Part shown: in pieces, positions 35,692 through 46,903 of the stretch
Layout: every line of letters starts with the position of its first letter
How positions within the stretch are numbered: the stretch's first letter is position 1
The notes under the pieces: model-generated
What the model was told of the DNA's origin: nothing
Databases searched by the model: none
What the model saw: the letters and a program-made list of their open reading frames with translations, nothing else
Made by a program: the position numbers and the translations under genes
Source: Candidatus Multivoradales bacterium
GTDB lineage: Bacteria; Acidobacteriota; Thermoanaerobaculia; Multivoradales; J023
Assembly (NCBI GenBank): GCA_965248925.1
Contig: CBDFLE010000006.1
Coordinates: 512,001 to 576,000 of the forward strand
Reading direction: 5' to 3'
DNA: 64,000 bases

Positions 35692-36678
35692 ATGTCCCCC
35701 TCCCTTACGGATCTTGATGTTCAGCCAAGTATCGCCGATCTCGAAGACGCGGCAGGGCGGATAGCACCCTTCATCCACCGCACCCCGGTGGTGACTTGCA
35801 ACACGATCAACCAGCGGCTGGGCGCCGAGCTGTATTTCAAATGTGAGAACTTCCAGCGAATCGGCGCCTTCAAGATGCGCGGCGCCAGCAATGTGTTGGC
35901 CTCGCTGAGCGAGGACGAACTACAACGCGGCGTCACCACTCATTCGTCGGGCAACCACGCTCAGGCAGTGGCCCTGGCGGCTCGGCTGATCGGCACCCGA
36001 GCCCACTTGGTGATGCCCAAGAACGCCCCGCGAGTGAAACTTGGGGCGGTTCGCGGCTACGGCGCCAAGGTGACCCTGTGCGAGCCTACCCAGGCCGCCC
36101 GCGAGCAAGCCACCGCCGAGATAGTGGCCACCCACGGCATGTCGATGGTCCATCCGTTTAATGATCCACGGATCGTTGCCGGCCAGGCCAGCGTCGCCCG
36201 CGAGCTACTCGAAGACGTACCGCAGCTTGATTTGATCGTCGCCCCGACGGGTGGCGGCGGACTGCTCGCGGGTACCTCCTTGACTCGCCACTACCAGGCA
36301 CCACAGGTGCAAGTCTTCGGCGCCGAGCCCGAGGCCGCCGACGATGCCCAGCGCTCACTGCGCGGTGGCCAACGAGTCGCCAACGAGAGCCCACCCATAA
36401 CTATCTGCGACGGTCTGCTGACTTCCATCGGCGAATACCCTTGGTCGATCATCCGACACCACGTCGCTGACATTCTGACCGCCTCTGACGCCGAAGTCAC
36501 CAGCGCCATGCGGCTGATCTGGGAACGGATGAAAATCATCGTCGAGCCTTCCGCAGCGGTGGCTTTGGCGGTGCTGCTAGCCGGCCGGCTGGAGGTCAGC
36601 AATAAGAAGGTCGGAGTGATCCTCTCCGGCGGCAACGTCGATCTCGACCATCTTCCCTGGCTGGGCACCGGCGGCTGA
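35692..36678 (+). CDS. PLP-dependent serine/threonine dehydratase / serine racemase family
   Basis: FKCENFQRIGAFKMRGA, SSGNHAQ, PTGGGGL, ILSGGN. Confidence 0.93.
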   Translation: MSPSLTDLDVQPSIADLEDAAGRIAPFIHRTPVVTCNTINQRLGAELYFKCENFQRIGAFKMRGASNVLASLSEDELQRGVTTHSSGNHAQAVALAARLIGTRAHLVMPKNAPRVKLGAVRGYGAKVTLCEPTQAAREQATAEIVATHGMSMVHPFNDPRIVAGQASVARELLEDVPQLDLIVAPTGGGGLLAGTSLTRHYQAPQVQVFGAEPEAADDAQRSLRGGQRVANESPPITICDGLLTSIGEYPWSIIRHHVADILTASDAEVTSAMRLIWERMKIIVEPSAAVALAVLLAGRLEVSNKKVGVILSGGNVDLDHLPWLGTGG

Positions 36679-37025
36679 GGAGGCTGCGGCTCGACAATTC
36701 CCCATCTCGTGAATGAATATCATGCACGCCAGGAGTGATTGTCATTCACAGCCTCTCCCCCGATCACTCAGGCAGATCCAGCTTTGGGCATTGGAATCGC
36801 CTTCTTGCCTGGTGCTCATCGGCGCCCGACAGGTGGAAAAGGCTCTGAATCAGACAGACCGACCGCTGCCCACCCTGTTGGCGGCCGGGCGACTAGCGCA
36901 CCAAGATGGCGAGTTTCGACGGGCAGAAACGCCCACTTGGTGGCCGCTGAACGCCAGATCTACTCGGTATTGATCTTGCTGTGTAGATTGTCTGGAGACC
37001 GAGAACAACCCAGGGAAGGCTCGCC

Positions 37026-38768
37026 ATGAACGAAATCTTTATCAGCTACTCGCGCCGGGACCGAGCGCGGGCCAAGCAGCTTGCGCAGGCCCTTGAAGAC
37101 GAAGGCTTCCAAATCTGGTGGGACCGCAAGATTCCGCCGGGTCGAACCTTCGACGAAGTCATCGAGGAAGCCCTCGATCGAGCCAAATGCGTGATCGTAC
37201 TGTGGTCGCGGGTGTCGACCGAATCGGATTGGGTCAAGGAAGAGGCAGCCTACGGCAAGCAGCGTGGCATCCTGGTGCCGGTGCTGATCGACGCCACCGA
37301 CCTCCCCCTCGGCTTCGGCCGTATTCAAACCGCCAACCTGGTGCATTGGAAGGGCGAGAACGACCATCCAGATTGGCTCAGTTTGGTGGCTTCGATCACC
37401 GCCCGCGTGGGTCCCCGACCGCCCTCACCTACGCTCCCACCCACACGACCAGAGTTTCGTCGATCTCGACTGTGGCTATGGGCGACGGTGCTGGTGACGG
37501 TGCTGGCGCTGGCTGGCGGCTTCCTAGCCAGCCGCTGGGGGCTTGTCGAGCGCTGGATCGACCCTAGTACAGTGGACCTACCACCGATCCCGAATAGAGA
37601 AAGCAGACCGGCAAGGGTGGCGACCGAGGAAGAGGCCAAAGCTGAGGAAGAGGCCAAAGCTGAGGAAGAGGCCAAAGCTGAGGAAGAGGTCAAGGCTGAG
37701 GAAGAGGCCAAAGCTGAGGAAGAGGCCAAGGCTGAGGCACCCAAGATGGCGAGCGCCCGACTAGCAGCAATCGACCAGCTAGCGCTCACCGCCATCGACG
37801 ATCAAGAACTGATCGACGCCTACCGACTGCTGCTCGAGAAGCATGGAACGCACCTCGACCCGGCCCAGGCGAAGCGGGTGAGCAGAACTGCCGGCGCATT
37901 GCAACAATCTCTGAAAGAGTCCAACCAGCTCGCGGCGGCCGGCTCCGAGCTAGCCCTCGACAAGCTGGAGCGAGCCTGGACCGCCTTCGAACCACCGCGG
38001 CCGCCCAGTCCCTTGGCCAGCGAACGCCAGCGCCAGCTGCAGCAGATCAAGCGCATCCACCAAGAGCAAGCGACTGTCGTCACCGCTGAAAAGAACTTCA
38101 TCACCGGCAGCTCTTTCCGCTCGGGCGCCGACGATAGGGTGACCGGCGTGACCGGCATCAGCCGAAGATTCGCAGCCGGCACGGCGGTCCATCTTTTTGC
38201 CCGCGTCCACGCACCGCGGGCAGAAGTGCTGCGACTGGAATGGCGATTCGAAGACAAGATCTTGCACTCGCGCCAACAGCAGGTTCAGGCCTCCGCCGGC
38301 TACCGCTTATTCTTTTCCAAAACCTATGGCCAGGCTGGCCAGGGCGAGGTACGGCTGTACAACCAAGAGCAAGTGTTGATCGCTCGCCGCGAGCTGATCA
38401 TCGAGGGTGCTAGCCGGGGGGGCCCCCGCCGGCGCTTCGTCGAACGCGACAGTGAAACCTTCGTCGACAGCCAGCGAAACCACCTCTGGACCCGGCATGA
38501 TCAGGCGGCGGGCAAAGCTCTGCGCTGGGAGGCCGCCGCCAAGGTCTGCTCTCAGCTGCGGCTCAGCGGCAGGACCGACTGGCGGCTGCCATCGATCGGT
38601 GAACTGGCGGAAGTCCACAAGTTCGCTGGCGAAATCAAGCTAGCGCTCGCTGCCAAGCAAAGCAGCATATGGAGCTCCGAGCAGCAGCAGTTGGACTTCA
38701 CCGACGGCCAGTACCCCAGTAGTCGCGACCGCAAACGACGGGCCGGTGTGCTTTGCGTCCACGACTGA
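37026..38768 (+). CDS. TIR domain membrane protein with EEEAKA repeats and C-terminal DUF1566 (Lcl-like) domain
   Basis: IFISYSRRD...SDWVKEEA; TM helix; WEAAAKVC...DWRLPSIGEL...VLCV. Confidence 0.85.
   Translation: MNEIFISYSRRDRARAKQLAQALEDEGFQIWWDRKIPPGRTFDEVIEEALDRAKCVIVLWSRVSTESDWVKEEAAYGKQRGILVPVLIDATDLPLGFGRIQTANLVHWKGENDHPDWLSLVASITARVGPRPPSPTLPPTRPEFRRSRLWLWATVLVTVLALAGGFLASRWGLVERWIDPSTVDLPPIPNRESRPARVATEEEAKAEEEAKAEEEAKAEEEVKAEEEAKAEEEAKAEAPKMASARLAAIDQLALTAIDDQELIDAYRLLLEKHGTHLDPAQAKRVSRTAGALQQSLKESNQLAAAGSELALDKLERAWTAFEPPRPPSPLASERQRQLQQIKRIHQEQATVVTAEKNFITGSSFRSGADDRVTGVTGISRRFAAGTAVHLFARVHAPRAEVLRLEWRFEDKILHSRQQQVQASAGYRLFFSKTYGQAGQGEVRLYNQEQVLIARRELIIEGASRGGPRRRFVERDSETFVDSQRNHLWTRHDQAAGKALRWEAAAKVCSQLRLSGRTDWRLPSIGELAEVHKFAGEIKLALAAKQSSIWSSEQQQLDFTDGQYPSSRDRKRRAGVLCVHD
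37626..37733 (+). repeat. 6 x 18-bp coding repeat (EEEAKA)
   Basis: GAGGAAGAGGCCAAAGCT units. Confidence 0.95.
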
Positions 38769-38777
38769 ACCTTGTGC

Positions 38778-41048
38778 TCAGTGAACCTCGGCATCGGGGA
38801 AATTGAGCATAATCTGGCCATCGCGGGCATCGACCACCACCCGACCGCCGCCGGTGAGGCGGCCGAAGAGCAGCTCTTCAGTCAGCGGGCGCTTGACCGT
38901 ATCCTCGATCACCCGGCCTAGGGGGCGGGCGCCGAACGCCGGGTCGTAGCCCTTCTCGGCCAGTAGATCGCGGCCAGCGGCGGTGACTTCCAGGGTCACC
39001 TTCTTCTCCTTCAGCGGTTGGCGAAGTTGGTCGAAGAACTTGTCGACAATCCGCGCCATGACCTTTGGATCGAGGGGGTTGAATCGCAGCTGAGCATCGA
39101 GGCGATTGCGAAACTCGGGGCTGAACAAGCGCTCTACCGCCCGCTCACCCGCGCTGCCAAGTTCGCCCTGGTGGTCGCCGAATCCCAGGCTGCGAGCAGC
39201 CATCTCACGGGCGCCCACATTGGAAGTCATCAATAAGATGACGTGGCGAAAGTCTGTCTGCTTACCGTTGGTGTCGGTCAAAGTACCATGGTCCATCACT
39301 TGCAGCAGAATGTTGAAGACGTCGCCGTGGGCCTTCTCGATCTCATCCAGTAGCAGCACCGCGTGCGGGTTCTTCGACACCGCTTCGGTGAGCAGGCCGC
39401 CGCGATCGTAGCCCACGTAACCTGGGGGCGCACCGACCAACCGCGACACCGTATGCCGCTCCATGTACTCACTCATGTCGAACCGCAAGAAGGAGATCCC
39501 GAGCACCTCGGCGAGCTGTTTGGCGGTCTCGGTCTTGCCCACCCCGGTAGGACCGGTGAGCAAGAAGGAACCGACCGGTTTCTCCGGCTCACGCAGACCG
39601 GCTCGCGAAACCTTGATCGCGCTGACCAGCCGGCCGATGGCTTCTTCTTGGCCGAATACCACCGTCTTGAGCTGCTCTTCGAGCCCTTCTAGCCGCCGAC
39701 GATCATCGCCCTTGACCTGGCGCACCGGGATCCGCGCCATGGTCGCTAGCACCTGCTCAAGTTCGCCAACGCCAACCCGATGAGCACCGCGCAGCGCCAC
39801 CGCCGCGCCGGCTTCGTCGAGCAGGTCGATCGCCTTGTCCGGTAGCTTGCGATCCCGCAGATGACGGCCGGCAAGCTCGGCGGCGGCACGAATCGCCGGC
39901 AGCGTGTAGCGCACCCCGTGGTGGGCTTCGTAGCGAGCGCGCAGGCCGAGAAATATTTTCTCGGTTTCGGCCACTGAGGGCTCGTTGATCTCGACCTTCT
40001 GGAAGCGTCGCGCCAAGGCCTGGTCTTTACGAAAGTTCTGCCGGTACTCTTCCCAAGTGGTGGCGCCGATGGCCCGCAGCCGCCCACTTTGCAGCGCCGG
40101 CTTGAGCAGGTTGGAGGCATCCATGCTGCCACGGCCAGCGCTGCCAGCGCCGACCAGGGTGTGGATCTCATCGATGAACAAGATGGGCTTGGGCTGAGCG
40201 TCGAGCGCCGCCAACACCGCTTTGAATCGGTTCTCGAAATCACCACGGTAGCGAGTTCCTGCCAACAGCGAACCCATGTCGAGGCGATAAATCCGCGCCG
40301 CGCGGAAAACCTCGGGCACCTCACCAAGGTGGATCCGCCGGGCCAGGCCCTCTACCAGAGCGGTCTTGCCAACCCCCGGATCACCGACAAATAGAGGGTT
40401 GTTCTTGCGCCGCCGCTGGAGAATGTGAAATGCCCGCTGCACCTCCTTGTCGCGGCCGATCAACGGATCGATGCCACCTTCGGCGGCCAGCGCCACCAAC
40501 TCCTGGGTGTATGCCTCGAGGGCTTCGTCGCCACGAGGGGACTCGCCGCCAGCCTCTTCGTCGGCGCCGCCCGCGCCGATGGGCACCGCTTGGGTTCCCG
40601 GCAGGGTGGGCTGTAGCTTGGAGTGGCCATGGGCAAGAAAACTGACCACATCGAGCCGGCCAACGCCCTGCTCGGCGAGCACAAAAACGGCGTGCGAGTC
40701 GGGCTCGCCAAACATCGCCACCAGCAGGTCGGTGCCGGTCATCTCTTCTTTGCCAGCGCTTTCGACATGCATGCCGGCATGGGTGATCACCCGTTGCAAA
40801 GCTAGGCTGGGCCGCGGCTCGAACTCGTCGTCAACCTCGAGCCGTTCGAGCTCGTCGGCCAGGTAGCGCTCCAGCTCTCGCCGCAGCGCCGCCGGGTCAC
40901 CGCCAGCGTGGCGCAGCACCTGAGCAGTATCTTCGTCGAGACACAGAGCGAGCAACAAATGCTCCAGCCCGGCGTATTCGTGCCCCAAACGCCCGGCCTC
41001 GGTCATCGCCACGGTCAGGGAGATCTGTAAGTCTTGTGAGAGCTTCAT
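38778..41048 (-). CDS. clpA: ATP-dependent Clp protease ATP-binding subunit ClpA
   Basis: Two AAA modules ([16 protein letters not shown]), [25 protein letters not shown]; downstream of clpS. Confidence 0.96.
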   Translation of the reverse strand: MKLSQDLQISLTVAMTEAGRLGHEYAGLEHLLLALCLDEDTAQVLRHAGGDPAALRRELERYLADELERLEVDDEFEPRPSLALQRVITHAGMHVESAGKEEMTGTDLLVAMFGEPDSHAVFVLAEQGVGRLDVVSFLAHGHSKLQPTLPGTQAVPIGAGGADEEAGGESPRGDEALEAYTQELVALAAEGGIDPLIGRDKEVQRAFHILQRRRKNNPLFVGDPGVGKTALVEGLARRIHLGEVPEVFRAARIYRLDMGSLLAGTRYRGDFENRFKAVLAALDAQPKPILFIDEIHTLVGAGSAGRGSMDASNLLKPALQSGRLRAIGATTWEEYRQNFRKDQALARRFQKVEINEPSVAETEKIFLGLRARYEAHHGVRYTLPAIRAAAELAGRHLRDRKLPDKAIDLLDEAGAAVALRGAHRVGVGELEQVLATMARIPVRQVKGDDRRRLEGLEEQLKTVVFGQEEAIGRLVSAIKVSRAGLREPEKPVGSFLLTGPTGVGKTETAKQLAEVLGISFLRFDMSEYMERHTVSRLVGAPPGYVGYDRGGLLTEAVSKNPHAVLLLDEIEKAHGDVFNILLQVMDHGTLTDTNGKQTDFRHVILLMTSNVGAREMAARSLGFGDHQGELGSAGERAVERLFSPEFRNRLDAQLRFNPLDPKVMARIVDKFFDQLRQPLKEKKVTLEVTAAGRDLLAEKGYDPAFGARPLGRVIEDTVKRPLTEELLFGRLTGGGRVVVDARDGQIMLNFPDAEVH

Positions 41049-41121
41049 CGAATCCTGAAATCTCCGGCCGCGCAGCGACCCGTCTACTGGGATGCGGGTG
41101 GGAAGCGAGCCACTCGGTGGC

Positions 41122-41442
41122 TCAATCCACCTCGGTGGTCAGCTGCAAGGGCATCTCGTTGGCCCGCGCTTCTTCGGTGACCTCGGCCACCTTGGTCTCG
41201 GCGACCTCACGCGAGTAGACCCCGGCAACGCCAGCCCCTTTGTGATGCACTTGCAGCATGACTTGAGTCGCCGCAGCGGTGGACTTATGGAAGTGCTCCA
41301 CCAACACATGGATGACAAAATCCATGGTGGTGAAATCGTCGTTGTGCAGCAGCACCTTGTAGCGCCTTGGCCGCTTGACCTTGCGGCGCTCTTCGGTGGC
41401 GGATTCACCGTCGTGCTCAAAATCGTCTTCAAACTGGCCCAT
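41122..41442 (-). CDS. clpS: Clp protease adaptor ClpS
   Basis: YKVLLHNDDFTTMDFV...MLQVHHKG...EVAETK. Confidence 0.96.
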   Translation of the reverse strand: MGQFEDDFEHDGESATEERRKVKRPRRYKVLLHNDDFTTMDFVIHVLVEHFHKSTAAATQVMLQVHHKGAGVAGVYSREVAETKVAEVTEEARANEMPLQLTTEVD

Positions 41443-41573
41443 GGCGCGCAATCTAACAGGCTACGGGCTCGCCGGGAGGTCGGCACGACCGGAACAAGGA
41501 CCCGGGCCAGCCCACCGATCAGTACAACAACCCGCGGATTGGGCGAATTCCCCGGCACCGCCAGGCAGCTCCC

Positions 41574-42146
41574 TCAACCAGTCCGATCCCCGCCACCGTA
41601 CAGTTCCGGGCGAGTGAAAGGCACCATCGCCAACAACACTGCCGGGGCATAGAGTTCGGCCCGGCCGATGGCGCCTCGGGTGAGTAGGCCAACCGCCCCT
41701 TCGCGGTGTTTCGAATCCGTACGACCAAAGACTTGGTCGTCGGCCGCGCCGAGTTCGACCCCTGAGCGCACCAGGCGAGCGATTTCTGGGGGCAAGGCAA
41801 AGCTCGCCGTCCGTGCCTTGCCAGCGCCGGTCGACCCGCGAACAACCGCCCAGGCAAAAGCCATTAAGGTACCCTCGATATCTTCGATTCCACCTTCGAG
41901 ACCCACTGCCAAGTCGGCCTCGGGAGAACGTTCGAGCGCGGCGCGGGCACGTTCGACAGCACCCCGTCGGGTCTCACCGTCGGTCATTGGCTGATCGGCG
42001 ACGCCGGATGGCACCACTAAGGCCAGGATCTGGATCCGGCGCGGTGCGAACAACCGCTGACTAGCGATCGCCACCGCTCGTCGCTTCACCGGATTGCCTG
42101 ACGCGACGACAATTCTCAATTCCCTGCCAGCTCTAGGATCGTTCAA
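41574..42146 (-). CDS. yjjX: Inosine/xanthosine triphosphatase YjjX family
   Basis: ASGNPVK, SGVADQP, VGLEGG, GAVGLLT. Confidence 0.9.
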   Translation of the reverse strand: MNDPRAGRELRIVVASGNPVKRRAVAIASQRLFAPRRIQILALVVPSGVADQPMTDGETRRGAVERARAALERSPEADLAVGLEGGIEDIEGTLMAFAWAVVRGSTGAGKARTASFALPPEIARLVRSGVELGAADDQVFGRTDSKHREGAVGLLTRGAIGRAELYAPAVLLAMVPFTRPELYGGGDRTG

Positions 42147-42175
42147 CCTTGGCCAACTCCTTCCTCTACTGCAAG

Positions 42176-44074
42176 CTAATCGGTGATCGCGAGAAGTTCA
42201 TCCAACTTGGCAAATAGGACTTCGGCGGTGAAGGGTTTCTCCAGCACGATGCAGGAGCCAGGGCTGTGCAAGTCGACCAAGTTCTCGGCCAAGCCGCTGA
42301 TCGCCAGCACCCGCACCGCCGGATCGAGTTGACGAAGGGCTCGGATGGCTTCTTTGCCGTCGAGAAAGGGCATCGAGATATCGGTGACCACCGCATCGAT
42401 CAACCGCCGATGCTTGGCGTAGAGAGCCACCGCTTCGGCGCCGTCGCCGGCAGCGATTACCCGGTAGCCCTGCTGTTCGAGAGTCTCGCGGGTGATCTCG
42501 CGCACCACAGGATCATCTTCCGCCAACAATAACTGGCGGCCCTCTCCCCAACATGGGGGACGATTGCTGGCCGGTAGCAAAGTCGCTGGCTGCCGCGCCG
42601 GCAGGAAGACTCGCACCGTAGTACCTTCGCCAGGCTGGCTGGAAACATCTACAAAACCCCCATGGCCATGGACGATCGAACGTACCGTGGTCAATCCCAT
42701 GCCAGTACCGGCCACGGGACCCTTGGTGCTGAAGAAAGGATCGAAAATCTGCTCCAGCTCAGCCTCGCCAATGCCTGTGCCCGTGTCGCTGACCGTGAGC
42801 AGGAGATAGTCACCTTCGCGAGCCTCGCTGCGCATAGCGGCATAGTGTCGGTCGATGCGCACTCCGCTAACGCTCAGCGCGATGCGACCTTTGCCGGTGA
42901 TCGCATCGCGGGCGTTCGCGCAGAGGTTCATCAGCACCTGGAAGAGCTGCGCCGGATCACCTTCGAGGGTTGCCCCGGAGACGGAATAGTCGCTAATGAT
43001 CTCAATCCGCGGCGGATAAGTCTCGCGAATCACCCGCTCGAGGTCGGCGGCGACCGCCCTCAGGTCGAATTCGGTGCGCTCTCCCTCGACTCCGCGGGCA
43101 AACCACATCAGTTGTTTGACCATGCCCATCGCTCGCATCACCGACGCCTCGAGGGTCACCAGGGTCTTGCGCCGCGCCGACTGAATCTCGTCATGCAGCA
43201 AGCCTAGGGAGAGCATGATCGGCGTCAGCACATTGTTGAGGTCGTGAGCGACCCCACCGGCAAGGGTGCCGAGGCTCTCCAAGCGCTGCGTTCGCAGCAC
43301 CCGGGCCTCGAGTTGCTTCTTCTCGGTGATGTCGGAATTGAATCGCAGGATCGAACAAGGCTCGCCCATCCCATCACTCTCCAGAGTCCAACGGCTGGCG
43401 ACCACCAAGTCATCACCGCGGCGACAGGTTTGGCGCAGCTCGCCAGCCCACTCGCCACTTTCGAGGACCCGCACCAGAGCCTTGTGATACGCCTGCGAAT
43501 CGTCGTTGGCGATCAACTCTGAGATCTCCCGCCCAGCGACTTCCTCAGCTTTCCAGCCGTAGAGGTTCTGTGCTCCCCGGTTCCAGTAAACCACCCGATC
43601 ATCGAGAGTGGAGATGATGATCGCATCGCTGACCTGGTCCAGCAGCTCAGCATGCTGCCCTGCGATCCAGCAATCGCCAGGGCGCCGGTGGTCGGCCGCT
43701 GGCAAGAGGACCGAGATCCAAGCGCGGATCGAATTTGGTTTCAGGTCATCGGCGGCCAAGGCCAAATAGCCGCGGGCTCCTGCCGCCACCGCCTGTGCCG
43801 CCGCTCGCCGTTGCTCTTCCTGGCCCGACTCCTCGACTCCCAACACCGCCCAGGGAGTCGTGTCGAGTGCCGGCTGCAACTGATGAGCCACCCCGTCATC
43901 GCAAACCGCGGCGGTGAGGACCAGATCAAAGCGGTGCTCAGCCAGCAGTGCACGAGCCTCGCCTAGCCCTGCTGCCAGTCGGGCGTGGCAGCTCAGGCGT
44001 AGGATTTCGATCACCGCTGCGGCGAACATCGGGTCTGAGAAAACCAGCAGAATCCCGTGGTTGGACCTTGGCAT
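42176..44074 (-). CDS. PAS-domain hybrid sensor histidine kinase (CckA-like architecture)
   Basis: Degenerate N-terminal REC, PAS, LAGGVAHDLNN, FDPFFSTK, C-terminal REC. Confidence 0.93.
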   Translation of the reverse strand: MPRSNHGILLVFSDPMFAAAVIEILRLSCHARLAAGLGEARALLAEHRFDLVLTAAVCDDGVAHQLQPALDTTPWAVLGVEESGQEEQRRAAAQAVAAGARGYLALAADDLKPNSIRAWISVLLPAADHRRPGDCWIAGQHAELLDQVSDAIIISTLDDRVVYWNRGAQNLYGWKAEEVAGREISELIANDDSQAYHKALVRVLESGEWAGELRQTCRRGDDLVVASRWTLESDGMGEPCSILRFNSDITEKKQLEARVLRTQRLESLGTLAGGVAHDLNNVLTPIMLSLGLLHDEIQSARRKTLVTLEASVMRAMGMVKQLMWFARGVEGERTEFDLRAVAADLERVIRETYPPRIEIISDYSVSGATLEGDPAQLFQVLMNLCANARDAITGKGRIALSVSGVRIDRHYAAMRSEAREGDYLLLTVSDTGTGIGEAELEQIFDPFFSTKGPVAGTGMGLTTVRSIVHGHGGFVDVSSQPGEGTTVRVFLPARQPATLLPASNRPPCWGEGRQLLLAEDDPVVREITRETLEQQGYRVIAAGDGAEAVALYAKHRRLIDAVVTDISMPFLDGKEAIRALRQLDPAVRVLAISGLAENLVDLHSPGSCIVLEKPFTAEVLFAKLDELLAITD

Positions 44075-44258
44075 CCGGCAGCCTCCTCAGGAGAATACCC
44101 CTGCGCGGGCGGTGGCCGGCACGGGAATCAAATCGGACAAGATCGAATCATCAGCTATTGGAACCCGCAGAGCTTACAGCAGAGCCTACAGCAGAGCCTA
44201 CAAGAGACCGAGCTGACACCCACCTGAAGACCCACTGTGCTAGCTTGACCGCTGGCCG

Positions 44259-44837
44259 TTGCAGAAAGACCCCGTCAGACAGGCCCGGTCAAAACCTGTG
44301 CAAGAACCCACCCCAGCTACCCATCAGTTGCGAGTCATCCACACTTGGGACGGTCAGCGAGCAGCGCCCGGCGAGATCGCTGAACTGACTCTGCGCTTCA
44401 CCCCGCGCCATTTGCAGATCATCGTCGAAGCGGGCTATCACCGCGATCCGCCACCACCGGGGGCACCGGGATCCTGCGATGGGCTGTGGCGCCACGAGGT
44501 AGTCGAGTTGATCGTCGCCGCCGCCGCGACGATCAACACTCGAGCCGACTACACCGAGTTCGAACTCTCTCCGCATGGCCATTGGCTGGGCCTGCGTTTC
44601 GCCGGTTGGCGCCAGCGGGTCGGCGATCCCCTGGCGCTGCACTACCGGGCGCAGATCGTTGGCCGGCGCTGGCACGGCCGAGCAGAACTCGAACGCCACC
44701 TACTGCCGCCACCACCCTACTTGGCCGGCGCTTTCGCGATCCACGGCGAGGGTGCCGGGCGCCGCTTTCTAACCGCGTTTCCCAGCCCCGGAGAAGCGCC
44801 TGACTTTCATCGAGCAGAGAGTCTGATCCCCTTGTAG
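44259..44837 (+). CDS. DOMON-like/UPF0462-like protein
   Basis: GLWRHEVVEL...YTEFELSPHGHWL...PDFH; start uncertain. Confidence 0.65.
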   Translation: MQKDPVRQARSKPVQEPTPATHQLRVIHTWDGQRAAPGEIAELTLRFTPRHLQIIVEAGYHRDPPPPGAPGSCDGLWRHEVVELIVAAAATINTRADYTEFELSPHGHWLGLRFAGWRQRVGDPLALHYRAQIVGRRWHGRAELERHLLPPPPYLAGAFAIHGEGAGRRFLTAFPSPGEAPDFHRAESLIPL

Positions 44838-44882
44838 ACACCACCGAGACCCACCTCAATAGCCTCTTCCTGGGCACCCCCC

Positions 44883-45338
44883 TCAGGGGCTGGCCAGGCG
44901 ACCGCTGCCGTTGAGCGACCGCAGATGCTCTTGATAGTCGACCAACTCGCGACTGGCCTCACCAGTGGCAGAGGTACTGGCAAGAAGGTCGAGCAAACCG
45001 CTACGAAAACTCGAATCATGCTCGGCGTGGGCCGCCAGGGCACGACCCACGCGCCCGGCCGCATCGTCCTCTTGCTCTGCCAGGAGGCGCTCGATCGAGT
45101 GCTCCAAGCCCGCCAGACCAGTGCCCATTGCCGCCAGGAAAACCACCAAGGTGGACCACCCCGGCTGAGCGTCGCCACGTTCATACTTGGACAGCATCGA
45201 GCGAGTGATCTTGCGGCCAGTGCGCTTCTCGATACCTTCCTCTGCTGCCGACAAGGTGCTAAATCCGGCTCGCAACCGGATATCGCGAAATACCTGAGGC
45301 AAACTCTGAATCACCAAATCAACCTCACCGTCCATCAT
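44883..45338 (-). CDS. XRE-family HTH transcriptional regulator
   Basis: IRLRAGFS...ITRSMLSKYERGDAQPG; GGAGG upstream. Confidence 0.75.
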   Translation of the reverse strand: MMDGEVDLVIQSLPQVFRDIRLRAGFSTLSAAEEGIEKRTGRKITRSMLSKYERGDAQPGWSTLVVFLAAMGTGLAGLEHSIERLLAEQEDDAAGRVGRALAAHAEHDSSFRSGLLDLLASTSATGEASRELVDYQEHLRSLNGSGRLASP

Positions 45339-45701
45339 CTTCTGTCCTCCACTCGAGACTGGCAAATACGAGGCTCAGCCGACGAGCGTCCGATAATTTT
45401 GCTCGCGCGGGCTAACTACTGCGCACACGCGACATCGCGGCTCCGCTGGCCGTGCTAGCGACCTGGAGCCGACGAGTTGGTTTGTTCCCCGCTAGGAACA
45501 GCGACAAATTCGAAAACAGTAAATCTGCTGACTATTATGCCCCAGGAGTCGGCTGGCGAAAAGGGGCATAGTGATAGTCTTCCCACAATTGATCTCAGCC
45601 ACAGATTAGCGCGGCATCGTGCCACTACCTAGGTCCGTTGACCGGCAATCAGATTTGGTGGGCGGGGAGCGTGGGCGTCCTATTGCAAAGGAGCTAGACA
45701 G

Positions 45702-46133
45702 ATGTTGAATGAATTCAAGAAGTTCGCCGTCAAGGGCAGTGTCTTCGACATGGCCATCGGCATCATTATTGGCGGTGTCTTCACCCCAATCGTCAAGTCG
45801 TTGGTCAACGACATTGTGATGCCGCCGATCGGCCTGATCTGGAACGCCGACTTCACCAATATGTTCAAGGTGCTGAGCGAGGGAGCTGTCGCCGGCCCCT
45901 ACGACACCTTGGCGGCGGCCCAGGAGGTGGGCGCGGTGACAATGAACTACGGCCTGTTCATCAACTCGATCATCACCTTCATTCTGGTCGCGTTCGCCGT
46001 CTTCATGTTGGTCCGAGTAATCAACAAGTGGAAGGATAGGGAAGAAGAAGCACCGGCAGCGGCGCCTAAGCCGAGCGACGAAGTGGTGCTCTTGACCGAG
46101 ATCCGCGATGCCTTGAGCAACCGCGGCTCCTGA
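45702..46133 (+). CDS. mscL: Large-conductance mechanosensitive channel
   Basis: MLNEFKKFAVKGSVFDMAIGIIIG...LLTEIRDAL. Confidence 0.97.
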   Translation: MLNEFKKFAVKGSVFDMAIGIIIGGVFTPIVKSLVNDIVMPPIGLIWNADFTNMFKVLSEGAVAGPYDTLAAAQEVGAVTMNYGLFINSIITFILVAFAVFMLVRVINKWKDREEEAPAAAPKPSDEVVLLTEIRDALSNRGS

Positions 46134-46146
46134 GCCCCGCGGGTCG

Positions 46147-46171
46147 AGGAGGCCGCAACCGGCGGCCTCCT
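46147..46171. terminator. GC-rich hairpin between convergent genes
   Basis: AGGAGGCCGC-AACCG-GCGGCCTCCT perfect 10-bp stem, no strong U-tract. Confidence 0.55.
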
Positions 46172-46186
46172 GCTACTTCCTTGCCT

Positions 46187-46852
46187 TCACTGGCTTTCCC
46201 GTCCCGCCTTCGGCCGCAGTTTGCCTTCGTAGGTAAAGACGAACTCCTGCAAGCCGTTGCGCAGTTGGAACGAGCGTAACGGCCGGAAGTCGGCCATCAG
46301 CAACTCGACGTCGCGGGTCCGTAGATTGGGCGGATCGACCTTCGAGTCGTCGTGCAAGGTGTAGAGCAGGCGGTCTGCGCGATCGATCTTGAACTGGATC
46401 GGAGTAGCGGGAATGGGGGCGATCGCCGAAGCCATCACCATCACCAATGCCCCTGGGGCGCACAACCCGGCCAGTTGCGCCATCAACTCGGCACATTGGG
46501 GGCGTTCGAAATAATGCAGCAGATCCCAGACCAGCAACACATCGAACGGACCATCGTCCGACCCAGGAATCGGCAGCTGATCAAGATCCTCGAAACGGTA
46601 GGCCGAGGTGCGTGAGCCGGGCTGCGCGCCGGAACTTCTAAAGAGGTCCTGGATCAGCACTTTGCCACCATAGGCAGAAAGGAACTCGACATTCTCAGTC
46701 GAAGAAGGCCCCAGATCGAGAATCGCCCGTGGCGGCCGTTTGTCGAGTTCGCCGACCAAGGTGGCCAAACCGGGCGAGTTATGCGGCCCGGAACTGATCG
46801 GGGCCGGCCCCAGAGTTTCGCGACGGCGGCGGTGGCGCGAAAACCAACTCAC
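46187..46852 (-). CDS. Class I SAM-dependent methyltransferase-like protein
   Basis: ILDLGP, FDVLLVWDLLHY, LCAPGALV. Confidence 0.7.
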   Translation of the reverse strand: MSWFSRHRRRRETLGPAPISSGPHNSPGLATLVGELDKRPPRAILDLGPSSTENVEFLSAYGGKVLIQDLFRSSGAQPGSRTSAYRFEDLDQLPIPGSDDGPFDVLLVWDLLHYFERPQCAELMAQLAGLCAPGALVMVMASAIAPIPATPIQFKIDRADRLLYTLHDDSKVDPPNLRTRDVELLMADFRPLRSFQLRNGLQEFVFTYEGKLRPKAGRESQ

Positions 46853-46903
46853 CGCAGCGACCCTTCGCCCAGTTGCTGCTCAATCGTTTCGTTGCTCAAC
46901 TCG

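Noticed and set aside
37026-38768. Diversity-generating retroelement target
   Set aside because: No reverse transcriptase or template/variable repeat pair seen in the window
44167-44202. 3 x 12-bp repeat GCAGAGCCTACA as a regulatory array
   Set aside because: Real but short, and compatible with simple slippage; there is no supporting evidence of function
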